From: a virus
Taxonomy: Duplodnaviria > Caudoviricetes
IMG/VR virus record: IMGVR_UViG_3300011336_000588
Coordinates: 1-31,070 of that record
DNA: 31,070 nucleotides
Strand: one strand, 5' to 3'
Shown: piece after piece, positions 1 through 8,052 of the stretch
How the letters are laid out: each line of letters starts with the position of its first letter
Position numbering within the stretch: the first letter of the stretch is position 1
Made by a program: the position numbers and the translations under genes
Notes under the pieces: generated by a model
Database searches by the model: none
What the model saw: only the letters and a program-made list of their open reading frames with translations
Told to the model about the DNA's origin: nothing

Positions 1-2
1 AG

Positions 3-623
3 GATGAGCGACGGGAGCTGCGAGCTCGTTACCGTGAGCTGGTGCATGCTCGGTCGTTGTCGGTGGAGGAGTTGAGCCCGAGCCACCCGATTGGGTCTCG
101 GCTGTCGACATACGCCGCTCTGATTGACCTTGCCGGCGAGCTCGCGGAGAGGTGGCTCGAGATGAAGCCAGCTGCGTGGCTGTGCCAGGAGCGTTGGGCA
201 GCGATGCTCGGTGCCGGCCGTCCTGCCGATGTGGCAACGCAGGCGATGGAGCGGCTCATCTCATGGGGCTGGTCTAGGTCAGCGCAGCTGCACGGCCATG
301 GCGATGCAGCCAAGACCCTCGGCCGCGACGCTATCGGGACCTTCTCGGTGGATGCGGTGACAGGCAGGCCCAAGCTGCAGTTTGTGATGGCGACGGCCAA
401 CGACATGCTGCGCTCGGCAGGGTACCAGCCGGGAGCCGTAGCAGCGACATGGGCCTCACGCGGTTGGCTTGTTGGTGACAAGGGGTCAAATACTTCTAAA
501 GTGGTTAGCGTGTCGGGTTTCAAGGTGCGCATGTACGACTTGAGCACGGTAGTTCACGCGCTGCATGTGTGGCCGAGCGAGGACGCAGCACCGAACATCT
601 TTGGTCCGGATGTTCCGTTCTGA
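3..623 (+). CDS. C-terminal part of a DUF927/Cch-like primase-helicase (5' truncated by the window)
   Basis: Frame is open from position 3 (DERRELRARYRELVH...). RLSTYAALIDLAGELA resembles the helicase-lid motif of DUF927 proteins and is followed by a wHTH-like tail (RGWLVGDKG...VRMY). The protein ends in DVPF. Confidence 0.6.
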   Translation, partial: DERRELRARYRELVHARSLSVEELSPSHPIGSRLSTYAALIDLAGELAERWLEMKPAAWLCQERWAAMLGAGRPADVATQAMERLISWGWSRSAQLHGHGDAAKTLGRDAIGTFSVDAVTGRPKLQFVMATANDMLRSAGYQPGAVAATWASRGWLVGDKGSNTSKVVSVSGFKVRMYDLSTVVHALHVWPSEDAAPNIFGPDVPF

Positions 624-627
624 GTAG

Positions 628-695
628 AAAACGACATCGGGGGGCAAAAATCGACATCGGTAGACTTGACCGCAGGTGAATACCTGTTAGGACAT
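628..695 (+). promoter_or_regulatory. Putative early promoter/operator region
   Basis: A-tract plus CGACATCGG direct repeats at 632-640 and 652-660 (20-bp period). TTGACC at 666-671 and palindrome CAGGT-gaat-ACCTG at 673-686. The -10 box is weak. Confidence 0.4.
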
Positions 696-772
696 CATCT
701 CACCGGCAGCGACAACTGCCGACCCTACATAGTCACCCCGCCCCGCTTAGGGGCACACCCAGGAGAGAAGCC

Positions 773-1189
773 ATGAGGCTTACCATCGACAACGCGTCTG
801 AGACTTTCGTCCACCTCGTCAACACCATCACCGGTGCCGACTTCAAGCAGAGCAAGACCTGCATCATCGGTGACACCCGCGTCGACAACCGTGTGTGCAA
901 CTACGAGACCAACACTCAGGTGGACTACAGCTTCACGCTGGCCATCCTCGAGACTGGCAAGGATGCTGACGGCGAGCTGCTGCACGAGATGCGCGTGATT
1001 GCCAACCGCACGGTGAACCTGCCTTGGTCCAAGGGAAACCGCACGACCATCACCTCGATTGCTATCTCTGACCAGTCGCCCATCGACCTGACGGGCCTCG
1101 GGCTTGCCATCGAGTTCTGCATCGACCGTCTCAGCGAGCAGGCCGATGTGGTCAGCCAGCATGTGCGCAGCGAGGTGGCCTATGTCTAA
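773..1189 (+). CDS. Hypothetical protein (138 aa)
   Basis: AGGAG RBS and phage-like codon usage; overlaps the next gene's start. Confidence 0.8.
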   Translation: MRLTIDNASETFVHLVNTITGADFKQSKTCIIGDTRVDNRVCNYETNTQVDYSFTLAILETGKDADGELLHEMRVIANRTVNLPWSKGNRTTITSIAISDQSPIDLTGLGLAIEFCIDRLSEQADVVSQHVRSEVAYV

Positions 1190-2231
1190 GGTCAACTACC
1201 CCAACGCGGTGCGTCAGATTCCTGTGCACGAGCACGGCAGCAAGGCATGGCTCATCGAGCGTGCCAACACCCTCGGCGCGTCTGAGCTGGGCAAGGCGCT
1301 CGGTGTCTCGCCCTACGGTGGCCTGCTCTCTCTGGTCATCGACAAGCGCCAGGCACTCGCCGGCAACCCCGAGGTCATCAGCTCTGATGCGATGCAGGAC
1401 GGGCAGGACGCCGAGGACACGGTGCTGCGCATGGCATGGCGTCGGCTGCAGCAGCTCGCAGGCGGTGCCTACTACAGCACGCCGCAGCCTGAAATGGTCA
1501 AGGGCACGGCTATCGCGCTCGGCGCTGTGTCGGCCACGCCTGATGCGCTCATCATCGAGTCAGAGACAAGCAACGCGGTTAGTCTTATCGAGGCCAAGCT
1601 CGACCGGTCACGCAACACCGACTGGACCGAGGTGCTCGAGAACGGCTTTGGTCACCTGTCGGGAGCCGACTTGAGACTAAACTACTGGTGGCAGGTGCAG
1701 ACCCAGCTCTATGTCTCGGGCCTCTCAGTGGGTTACCTCGCTGTGTGGACGGTGTTCAACTTCTACCTCATCGAGATTGAGGCAGACGAGGCCGCAGCCG
1801 ATGTGATTGCCCAGGTTGGCCCGACGGTGATGGCATGGGTTACCGACTCGGCCGACCGGTTGCCGGCACCGACCGACGCTGACGGGCTGCGCACCATCGC
1901 AAGCACGGTGCGTCCTGCGTCTGAAGGCCCCATTGAGGTGGATGGCGAGGTTGCCGAGGCCCTTGCTGCCTATGTCTCGCTGGGCAAGCAGATTGACGCC
2001 CTGGACGAGCAGCGTGACGCAGCCAAGCGCATCATCCTGTCGGCTCACAATGCCGGCGCCAAGCTGGCCTCGGCCGACGGCATCAAGAGCAGTTTCATCG
2101 CAGCGTCGGAGCGCATGAGCATCGACACCAAGAAGCTCGAGACTGACCACCCTGCGCTGGTGGCAGACTACCGCAAGGTGACGCAGGTGTCGGCCTCGTG
2201 CCGCGTGACGGCACCGCGTAGCAAGGGCTAA
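1182..2231 (+). CDS. YqaJ-like viral recombinase exonuclease (lambda Exo family)
   Basis: WLIER..LGASE, SATPDA, IEAK and YWWQVQTQL motifs. ATG at 1182 with GAGGTG RBS. RecT lies downstream. Confidence 0.92.
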   Translation: MSKVNYPNAVRQIPVHEHGSKAWLIERANTLGASELGKALGVSPYGGLLSLVIDKRQALAGNPEVISSDAMQDGQDAEDTVLRMAWRRLQQLAGGAYYSTPQPEMVKGTAIALGAVSATPDALIIESETSNAVSLIEAKLDRSRNTDWTEVLENGFGHLSGADLRLNYWWQVQTQLYVSGLSVGYLAVWTVFNFYLIEIEADEAAADVIAQVGPTVMAWVTDSADRLPAPTDADGLRTIASTVRPASEGPIEVDGEVAEALAAYVSLGKQIDALDEQRDAAKRIILSAHNAGAKLASADGIKSSFIAASERMSIDTKKLETDHPALVADYRKVTQVSASCRVTAPRSKG

Positions 2232-2283
2232 GCCCGGTGGCAGGTGCAACCCCTGCCATGCTGCCTACCGCCCAATGTCGGGC
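2218..2283 (+). ncRNA. Structured RNA element, copy A (three-way junction with T-loop plus RBS-proximal hairpin)
   Basis: P1 GTAGCA/TGCTGC, P2 GGG-CTAAG-CCC, P3 TGGCAGG-TGCAACC-CCTGCCA, then GCCC-n6-GGGC. Covaries with copy B. Confidence 0.6.
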
Positions 2284-2300
2284 AAGCCAGGAGAGAGACG

Positions 2301-2579
2301 ATGAGTGACCCACTGAAGATTGAGATTGTGATGTTGGCTGTGCAGCGCCGCGTGCTGCCTTTGCAGGGTGAGACAGCGGTGGAGCACGCGGTGCGGCTCT
2401 ACAAGATTGCCGGTGACTGCATGGCTGCGCTCGAGGCCAAGGACGCGGTAGAGCCGACCCCCGTTGAGCCTGCTGCCTCGGCTGTGGTGACCTTCGATGC
2501 TCGTGACTGGGTTTGGACCAAGCCGCTGCCTGCACCGTATGTGACAGCGGTTGAAATCACCAAGCAGCGCCGGGACTAA
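2301..2579 (+). CDS. Hypothetical protein (92 aa)
   Basis: AGGAGAG RBS before ATG 2301 (MSDPLKIEIV...). Confidence 0.75.
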   Translation: MSDPLKIEIVMLAVQRRVLPLQGETAVEHAVRLYKIAGDCMAALEAKDAVEPTPVEPAASAVVTFDARDWVWTKPLPAPYVTAVEITKQRRD

Positions 2580-2634
2580 GCCCGCTGCTGGGTGCAAGCC
2601 CCAGCACGCTGCCTCACCCGCCCCGCCTAGGGGC
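2564..2634 (+). ncRNA. Structured RNA element, copy B
   Basis: P1 GCAGCG/CGCTGC, P2 CGGG-ACTAAG-CCCG, P3 TGCTGGG-TGCAAGC-CCCAGCA, then GCCCC-gccta-GGGGC. Confidence 0.6.
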
Positions 2635-2652
2635 ATTCGAGAGGAGGATGAG

Positions 2653-3300
2653 ATGAGCCAGATGAGATTGATTACCGACAGCCGTGACGAGTGGACCGTG
2701 AAAGAGCTGGTGGAGACGCTGCATGCCAAGGTTGACGACCTCGAGCGCAAGCTCGATGCGCAGCTCAAGCGCAATGAGGCCATCAGCTGGCAGCTGCACG
2801 CTATCATCCTGCACCTCACCGGCGACCGCGCTGCGCTGACTGCCTTTGTGATGGCCTCTGAGCCTACGGTGGTGCCCAACGAGGACGAGGCCATGCCTGT
2901 CCTGGCATCCTGCCCCTGCTGTGAGCGTAAGGAAGCAACCACTGCCGAGCAGGTTGAGGAGCTGTTTGGCTACCGCACCATGGCAGACGGCAAGACCATC
3001 GTGCAGAGCTGGTGCCGTGAGTGCCGTGGCCTCGAGGGCAAGACCAGCCCGCGTCGCAAGCGTGCCAAGGCCGTCGCTTGGTCCAAGATGGATGCGCAGG
3101 CATGCGCCTTTGCCAAAGCCTACACACAGACTCGCAACGAGATGCTTGAGTACGAGGCCAAGGCAAAGAACGAGACCTACTCTCCTGCCGTGCGCGCTCA
3201 ATACCAGGCGAAGGCCGATGCCAAGCGCAAGGAGCAGGCCAAGCACAAGTCCGAATACAACAAGCGAGTAGCCGTGCTTCAAGCCGGTCTCACCAAGTAA
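2653..3300 (+). CDS. Coiled-coil / Zn-ribbon protein (215 aa)
   Basis: GAGGAGG RBS. CPCC...EELFGYR...QSWCRECR four-Cys motif flanked by helical regions. Confidence 0.75.
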   Translation: MSQMRLITDSRDEWTVKELVETLHAKVDDLERKLDAQLKRNEAISWQLHAIILHLTGDRAALTAFVMASEPTVVPNEDEAMPVLASCPCCERKEATTAEQVEELFGYRTMADGKTIVQSWCRECRGLEGKTSPRRKRAKAVAWSKMDAQACAFAKAYTQTRNEMLEYEAKAKNETYSPAVRAQYQAKADAKRKEQAKHKSEYNKRVAVLQAGLTK

Positions 3301-3327
3301 CCCAATCCCCCCCGCAAGGATAGAACC

Positions 3328-4173
3328 ATGAGCATGCAGATTCAGAAGAACCAGCACCCCGTCGAGGGCTGGCTCGCCAACCCCGAGAACTTTGCCAAGG
3401 TCGCCAATGCGCTGCCGACGCACCTCAACGCCGAGCGCATGCGCCGGCTCTACCTCACGGTGTTCAACAACAGCCCGGCACTCAAGCAGTGCAGCCCTGC
3501 CTCGGTCATCGGCTGCCTCCTCAAGTCTGCCCAGCTCGGCCTCGAGCCAGACGGTGGCAAGCTCTACCTCATCCCTCGAGGTGGCGATTGCACGCTGCAG
3601 ATTGGCTATCAGGGCTACATCGAGCTGGCCCGCCGCTCTGGTCAGATTGCCGCCATCGAGGCCAACATCGTCTACGAGAGTGACGACTTCTCGATTGCCT
3701 ACCACCTGGACAGCAAGTTCGAGCACCGGCCCAACCTGCGTCGGGCTGCCGACGACAAGGTGCTCGGCGTCTACTGCTATGCCAAGCTGACCTCTGGTGA
3801 GCGTCTGTTCACTTGGATGAGCCATGCCGATGTGGAGCATGTGCGTCGCACGAGCTCAGGCAACAGCAGCACCTGGACAAAGCACTGGGGCGAGATGGCA
3901 AAGAAAACGGTGCTCAAGCGCGCCGCCAAGATGCTGCCCAGCTCGATTGAGATGGCTACCGCGCTCGAGGCCGAGGCCGAGCAGGAGGGCTACCAGGTGG
4001 AGGCCCCGGTGGTGTCTCACACGGTGGTGACGACCCCGACTGCGGTTGGTGGTGCGCGTCTGCCTGCCCCGCCGCCGCCTGTCGAGGTGACGGCCGAGGA
4101 GGTCGAGGTCGAGGACCTGTCTGCAACCGAGGCTGCCAGCGAGCCTCTCAACCTTGACGAGGTGCCGTTTTGA
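3328..4173 (+). CDS. recT: RecT family single-strand annealing protein
   Basis: LKQCSPASVIGCLLKSAQLGLEP, YLIP, LQIGYQGYIELARRSGQI and W..HWGEMAKKTVLKR motifs. Confidence 0.95.
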   Translation: MSMQIQKNQHPVEGWLANPENFAKVANALPTHLNAERMRRLYLTVFNNSPALKQCSPASVIGCLLKSAQLGLEPDGGKLYLIPRGGDCTLQIGYQGYIELARRSGQIAAIEANIVYESDDFSIAYHLDSKFEHRPNLRRAADDKVLGVYCYAKLTSGERLFTWMSHADVEHVRRTSSGNSSTWTKHWGEMAKKTVLKRAAKMLPSSIEMATALEAEAEQEGYQVEAPVVSHTVVTTPTAVGGARLPAPPPPVEVTAEEVEVEDLSATEAASEPLNLDEVPF

Positions 4174-4490
4174 GCCAGCCCTACCCTCACGCCCGAGATG
4201 TGCTGACTGCACGCATCGAGCAGCTGCACGGAACGCAGCGCAGATTGTCTGACCTGCTCGGCATCAGCCGGCAGCTGTTGCTGCAGCGTCAAAAGGTTGC
4301 ATGCGAGACTGAGACGGTGCATCCATGGTGGTGCAACCTGCTCATCATGGAGTCGTCCTGGCTGCATGAGCCGCCGGCAGGTTGGCCGATGCCGAGCCCG
4401 ATGTTGGTGATGGCAGCGGTTGAGCTCAACCAGAGGACCTACGACCAGTACCGCCGCGTTCGTGGCCCCAAGAAGCAGGCGAAGCCATGA
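4170..4490 (+). CDS. Putative Cro/XRE-like HTH protein
   Basis: TTG start overlapping the recT stop, with GAGGTG RBS. GTQRRLSDLLGISRQLL fits an HTH pattern. Confidence 0.55.
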   Translation: MSQPYPHARDVLTARIEQLHGTQRRLSDLLGISRQLLLQRQKVACETETVHPWWCNLLIMESSWLHEPPAGWPMPSPMLVMAAVELNQRTYDQYRRVRGPKKQAKP

Positions 4491-4894
4491 CCACCGAACA
4501 GTTAGAGGACATCGAACAGTTGGCGCGCCGCGTTATCGCCTGCAAGCGGTGGGGGTGGATGCCGGGCATGCTGTCCAATAAGGGCCTGCGCATCGTTCGG
4601 CGCGACTTCGACGGCTATGTCGTCGGGTACTACGAGAACATGTCGTACATTGCCGAGTGCGTGCCGGGCACCCTCCCAGACCTCACCGACCCTGCAACGC
4701 TCGGCTGCCTGCTCTCCCTGGTGCGTGAGGCATGGGGCCCCGAGGCTACCGTGTCGGTCAACATCAGTGGCTTTTGGGCTGTTGGTGGTGCACGCATCCA
4801 GAAGGGCAAGAGCGCCGGTCACACCATCAACCTCGGCATCTGGAAGCTCACTGAGGTCGAGGCCCTTGTGGCCGCCCTCGAGGTGGCACCCTGA
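4487..4894 (+). CDS. Hypothetical phage protein (135 aa)
   Basis: ATGA overlap with the upstream gene; contains PDLTDPATLGCLLSLVREAWG. Confidence 0.75.
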   Translation: MTTEQLEDIEQLARRVIACKRWGWMPGMLSNKGLRIVRRDFDGYVVGYYENMSYIAECVPGTLPDLTDPATLGCLLSLVREAWGPEATVSVNISGFWAVGGARIQKGKSAGHTINLGIWKLTEVEALVAALEVAP

Positions 4895-4899
4895 ACCCA

Positions 4900-4993
4900 C
4901 CGGATAGTCCGGATAGTTGCCGCCAGTCGTAAAGTGTGGCTTTACACCTGCCACTCATAACTACCCATAACCGCGCATTACCGCGCATAACCG
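4900..4993. repeat. Intergenic short tandem repeats and hairpin
   Basis: CCGGATAGT x2 (4900-4917), GTAAAG-n5-CTTTAC (4929-4945), and CAT(A/T)AC x4 at 10-bp period (4956-4991). Confidence 0.7.
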
Positions 4994-5003
4994 TAAGACC
5001 CGC

Positions 5004-5360
5004 ATGACCATCAACCTCAAAGACCTCAGCGACGAGCAGCTGCTTGCCGAGTGGGAGCAGGCGCGGAATGCCTATGAGGCTTACTACAAAGCTTACCGTG
5101 CCGCATCAGCAGTGCACGACAAGCTGACTGGTCCGCCGCTCAAGGAGTACAACGCCATCAGAGCCGATGAGGCCAAGACGGCTCAGTGGCGTTTGCAGTG
5201 CGAGACCTCTCATGCCGCGCTCTTGGAGCTGAGCTCACAGAGTGACCCTATCGCAGCCAAGCGTAATGCCTATGCTGCCGAGTGGAAGCGACGCGGCAAC
5301 CAGCTGCACTACCCTCGCATCGAAGCGTTGAAGCGTGAGCTGAATCGAGGCAAGTCGTGA
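5004..5360 (+). CDS. Hypothetical helical protein (118 aa)
   Basis: ORF in operon; GTGA overlap with the next gene. Confidence 0.7.
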   Translation: MTINLKDLSDEQLLAEWEQARNAYEAYYKAYRAASAVHDKLTGPPLKEYNAIRADEAKTAQWRLQCETSHAALLELSSQSDPIAAKRNAYAAEWKRRGNQLHYPRIEALKRELNRGKS

Positions 5361-5848
5361 CCCGCATCGTCTACACCGGCGTGGACCCGGGCAAGAGCGG
5401 AGCCATCGCCTCTGTGGACGCAGACGGCACCATCCTCAAGGTGTCGCGTTTCAACCAAGCAGACACCGAGGGTCGCATCGCCCTCATCATCGGTGACCAC
5501 CTAGCCGAGCTGGGTGACGACATCCACGCAGCGACCATCGAGCGCGTTGGAGCCATGCCCAAGCAGGGCCTGAGCAGCACCTTCACTTTTGGGAGGGTGT
5601 ACGGAGAGGCATGGGCGGGTCTCATCCTAAGCAAGGCCCGCGTGTCGAGCGTGACGCCAGGCACATGGCAGGCCGACATGAAGCTGCCCAAGAAGGTGGA
5701 GTACGCATCACACAAGCGAGCCATCAAGCAGGCAGCCGAGTCGCGCTGGGGCCGCACCTTCACGCTCGACCAGGTGGACGCCATCTGGATAGCCGAGTGG
5801 GCAAGACTCAAGGGGCCGTGGTCACGCGGCTCAACAGAAGGAGGCTAG
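5357..5848 (+). CDS. RuvC-like Holliday junction resolvase
   Basis: GVDPGKSGAIA, IERVGAMPKQGLSSTFTFG, VTPGTW and DAIWIA carry the RNase H-fold acidic residues. Confidence 0.88.
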   Translation: MTRIVYTGVDPGKSGAIASVDADGTILKVSRFNQADTEGRIALIIGDHLAELGDDIHAATIERVGAMPKQGLSSTFTFGRVYGEAWAGLILSKARVSSVTPGTWQADMKLPKKVEYASHKRAIKQAAESRWGRTFTLDQVDAIWIAEWARLKGPWSRGSTEGG

Positions 5849-5849
5849 G

Positions 5850-6248
5850 ATGACCGAGGAGTGGACCAGACCGTTGATGCCTACCAAGGCTCTGCTCGAG
5901 CTTCACTTTGGTGGCGACTGGCACGCCATCAGCGAGGGGCGCGTCTACAGCCTCGGCTCTCACACGCCGGTGCCTTGGACCATGGGCCTGACTTCAACCT
6001 ACGGCATGCTGCGCATGAACCTGCGATTGAGCGAAGGTGGCCTCTTCATTGCCAGCCTGACCTACGATGAGATGGACGAGCCCATCACAGTCTCGGCAGG
6101 GGCCGTCTTTACCGAGGCCATCAGCAGCGTGGTACGAGCCTACCGCAACACAGCTCTGAGCCTGCCTGCCCCTGTTACCGAGGCAACCAGCGAGCGCGGC
6201 GCCTACTACCGCCAACACCTTACACTTAGACGGAGACAAGCCAAATGA
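5850..6248 (+). CDS. Hypothetical protein (132 aa)
   Basis: AAGGAGG RBS; operon packing. Confidence 0.75.
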   Translation: MTEEWTRPLMPTKALLELHFGGDWHAISEGRVYSLGSHTPVPWTMGLTSTYGMLRMNLRLSEGGLFIASLTYDEMDEPITVSAGAVFTEAISSVVRAYRNTALSLPAPVTEATSERGAYYRQHLTLRRRQAK

Positions 6249-6532
6249 GAACCGAGAACATTGACGACCTGTCTGCCCTTGGGCAGCGCATCTGGATTCT
6301 GAATGCCCTGCAGCGCGACACCGGGCTGCGAGCTGTCTACACCGAGACCACGAACCGAGACCAGTACGGCCGGCTCATGTACCGCCTGCGTCCTGTGTCG
6401 ATTGACGAGTGTGAGTTCTGGGCATGGCACGCTACCGTGTCGACGCTGTCGGCCAACCCCGTCGTGCTGGCCCTCGAGGTCCGGCAGCTCTGGTCAGAGT
6501 GGCAACGCAAGGTTGCTCGAGGTGGCCGGTGA
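6245..6532 (+). CDS. Hypothetical protein (95 aa)
   Basis: GGAG RBS; ATGA overlap. Confidence 0.7.
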   Translation: MRTENIDDLSALGQRIWILNALQRDTGLRAVYTETTNRDQYGRLMYRLRPVSIDECEFWAWHATVSTLSANPVVLALEVRQLWSEWQRKVARGGR

Positions 6533-6588
6533 GCTCGCCCTACTGCTACATCCTCGCCGGCGTTCGCATGGTGCCAGAGGAGCGCAAG

Positions 6589-6681
6589 GTGCAGCCCGAC
6601 ATCGTGCTGGCTTGCTTTGTCGTGCTCTTCTTTGGCTACCTGTCGTGGCTCCTGGTGCGCAACCTCGACCGTGAGCCATGA
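6589..6681 (+). CDS. Small single-TM membrane protein (30 aa; could start at GTG 6529)
   Basis: GAGGAG 6 nt before GTG; MQPDIVLACFVVLFFGYLSWLLVRNLDREP. Confidence 0.55.
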   Translation: MQPDIVLACFVVLFFGYLSWLLVRNLDREP

Positions 6682-6791
6682 GTGCCATCTACACGGCCGT
6701 GATGGACATCGTGATGCGTGACCCGGTCATCGTGGTCATGGGCATCATCCTTCTTATCTCTGTTTACGCTGACAAAATCGACCGCTGGTGA
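6678..6791 (+). CDS. Small single-TM membrane protein (37 aa; not in the ORF track)
   Basis: ATGA overlap with the previous stop; MSAIYTAVMDIVMRDPVIVVMGIILLISVYADKIDRW; ends 4 nt before the next ATG. Confidence 0.6.
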   Translation: MSAIYTAVMDIVMRDPVIVVMGIILLISVYADKIDRW

Positions 6792-6795
6792 CCCG

Positions 6796-8052
6796 ATGGA
6801 ACTGATGGACGCAAAGCAAATGCGGCGCAAGCCGCTTGATGATGAGGGCGACATCGCCAAACCAGACAGGCTCGAGGCCATCGCCATGCGTCGGCTCGTT
6901 GCAGCTCGTGGCTACTGGCTGTCACCCATGCACGCCAACACGCCGGTGCCAAGGCTCGAGGGCAAGGAGCTGGTCATCGACATCGCCCTGGCACACAGCA
7001 CGGCCCCCGTCGTGTCGAAGTTCGAGTCGTGCAAGAGCGTGCTCGAGCGCATCGACAACCCCGGGCAGAAGCGCGCCTCTTACCCGGGCCGCACTAGCCT
7101 TAGCACGCACGACACACTGGTGAACCAGAGGGCTCTGGCCAGTCATGAGCGCCTGACCTCGAGCGAGCGCGATGCGATGGAGCGCAACAAAGAGGAGCGG
7201 CGCAAGGCCGAGATTGAGGACAAGGCACGGCGCATGCGTGAGATGGAGGCCGAACTGCTGCCCCAGCTCAGCGAGGAGGACAAGGCGCGCAACCTTGCCA
7301 AGGCCAAGCGCGTTAGAGACAAGGCAGCTGCTCATCAGGCCGAGCAGGACCGTCTCAAGGCCAAGCGTGAGGCAGCCATCGCAGCCAAGCGCGGCATGAC
7401 GCTAGCGCAGCGTGAGGAGGAGGACCTGCGGCGCAAGCGTGAGCAGAGCCGAGCCCGTCGCGCCAAAGCCAAGGCAGCTCTTGCAGCCGAGCGTGCACTG
7501 CTGGCTCCACCTGCCCCTGTCGTGCTCGAGGTGGTGCCTGCCCCTGCCCCCAAGGTTGAGACCAGCAAGCGAGGTCGGCCCAAGGCAGTGGCACCGCTTA
7601 GCCTGGAGCCCTCTGTGCAGCTGGTGCCGGCCATTGACGAGGCATACGCAACGCCCCTGCATGAGATTATCGCCAAGTGCCTGCACGAGCGCATGGTGGC
7701 GTGGCGCATCTACGAGCGCAAGGTGGGCAGGACCATCACCGAGGATGCCGAGGCCGAGGCCAAGCAGGACATCGAGGCCAGTATCATGGCTAAGTCCAAC
7801 GAGGAGGCCGACTACCTCTACAAGTGGATGGAGCGCCGCATCATCCATGCTCGCACCGCCACCATCATCCGTCGTGAAAAGAGACGCGGCAACATCAACG
7901 ACGACACGGCCATGCAGGTCAGAGCAGCCATCAACCCCATGACGGCCAAGCGGCTCGCCGTCGCTGAGCTCACACCCGAGGAGCAGGCCGACCGCCGCCG
8001 AGCCAAGCAAGCCGAGTATAAGCAGAACCGCCGCAAGAAGGGCAAGGCATGA
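6796..8052 (+). CDS. Basic coiled-coil protein with AT-hook-like KRGRPK (about 418 aa)
   Basis: R/K/E/A-rich helices. Likely start ATG 6796 (MELMDAKQ...). Confidence 0.75.
   Translation: MELMDAKQMRRKPLDDEGDIAKPDRLEAIAMRRLVAARGYWLSPMHANTPVPRLEGKELVIDIALAHSTAPVVSKFESCKSVLERIDNPGQKRASYPGRTSLSTHDTLVNQRALASHERLTSSERDAMERNKEERRKAEIEDKARRMREMEAELLPQLSEEDKARNLAKAKRVRDKAAAHQAEQDRLKAKREAAIAAKRGMTLAQREEEDLRRKREQSRARRAKAKAALAAERALLAPPAPVVLEVVPAPAPKVETSKRGRPKAVAPLSLEPSVQLVPAIDEAYATPLHEIIAKCLHERMVAWRIYERKVGRTITEDAEAEAKQDIEASIMAKSNEEADYLYKWMERRIIHARTATIIRREKRRGNINDDTAMQVRAAINPMTAKRLAVAELTPEEQADRRRAKQAEYKQNRRKKGKA

Noticed and set aside
2218-2634. tRNA gene, cobalamin riboswitch or twister-sister ribozyme as the identity of the UGCAA-loop elements
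   Set aside because: There is no anticodon arm or CCA end. The GGGAA and B12-box needed for a cobalamin riboswitch are absent. I could not build the twister-sister P1/P2 with its GCUCA-type internal loop. An Rfam search is still needed.
3316-3333. AAGGATAG(A/G)ACCATGAGC shared by the recT and endolysin starts
   Set aside because: It is mostly RBS plus start codon and occurs only twice, so convergence is plausible.
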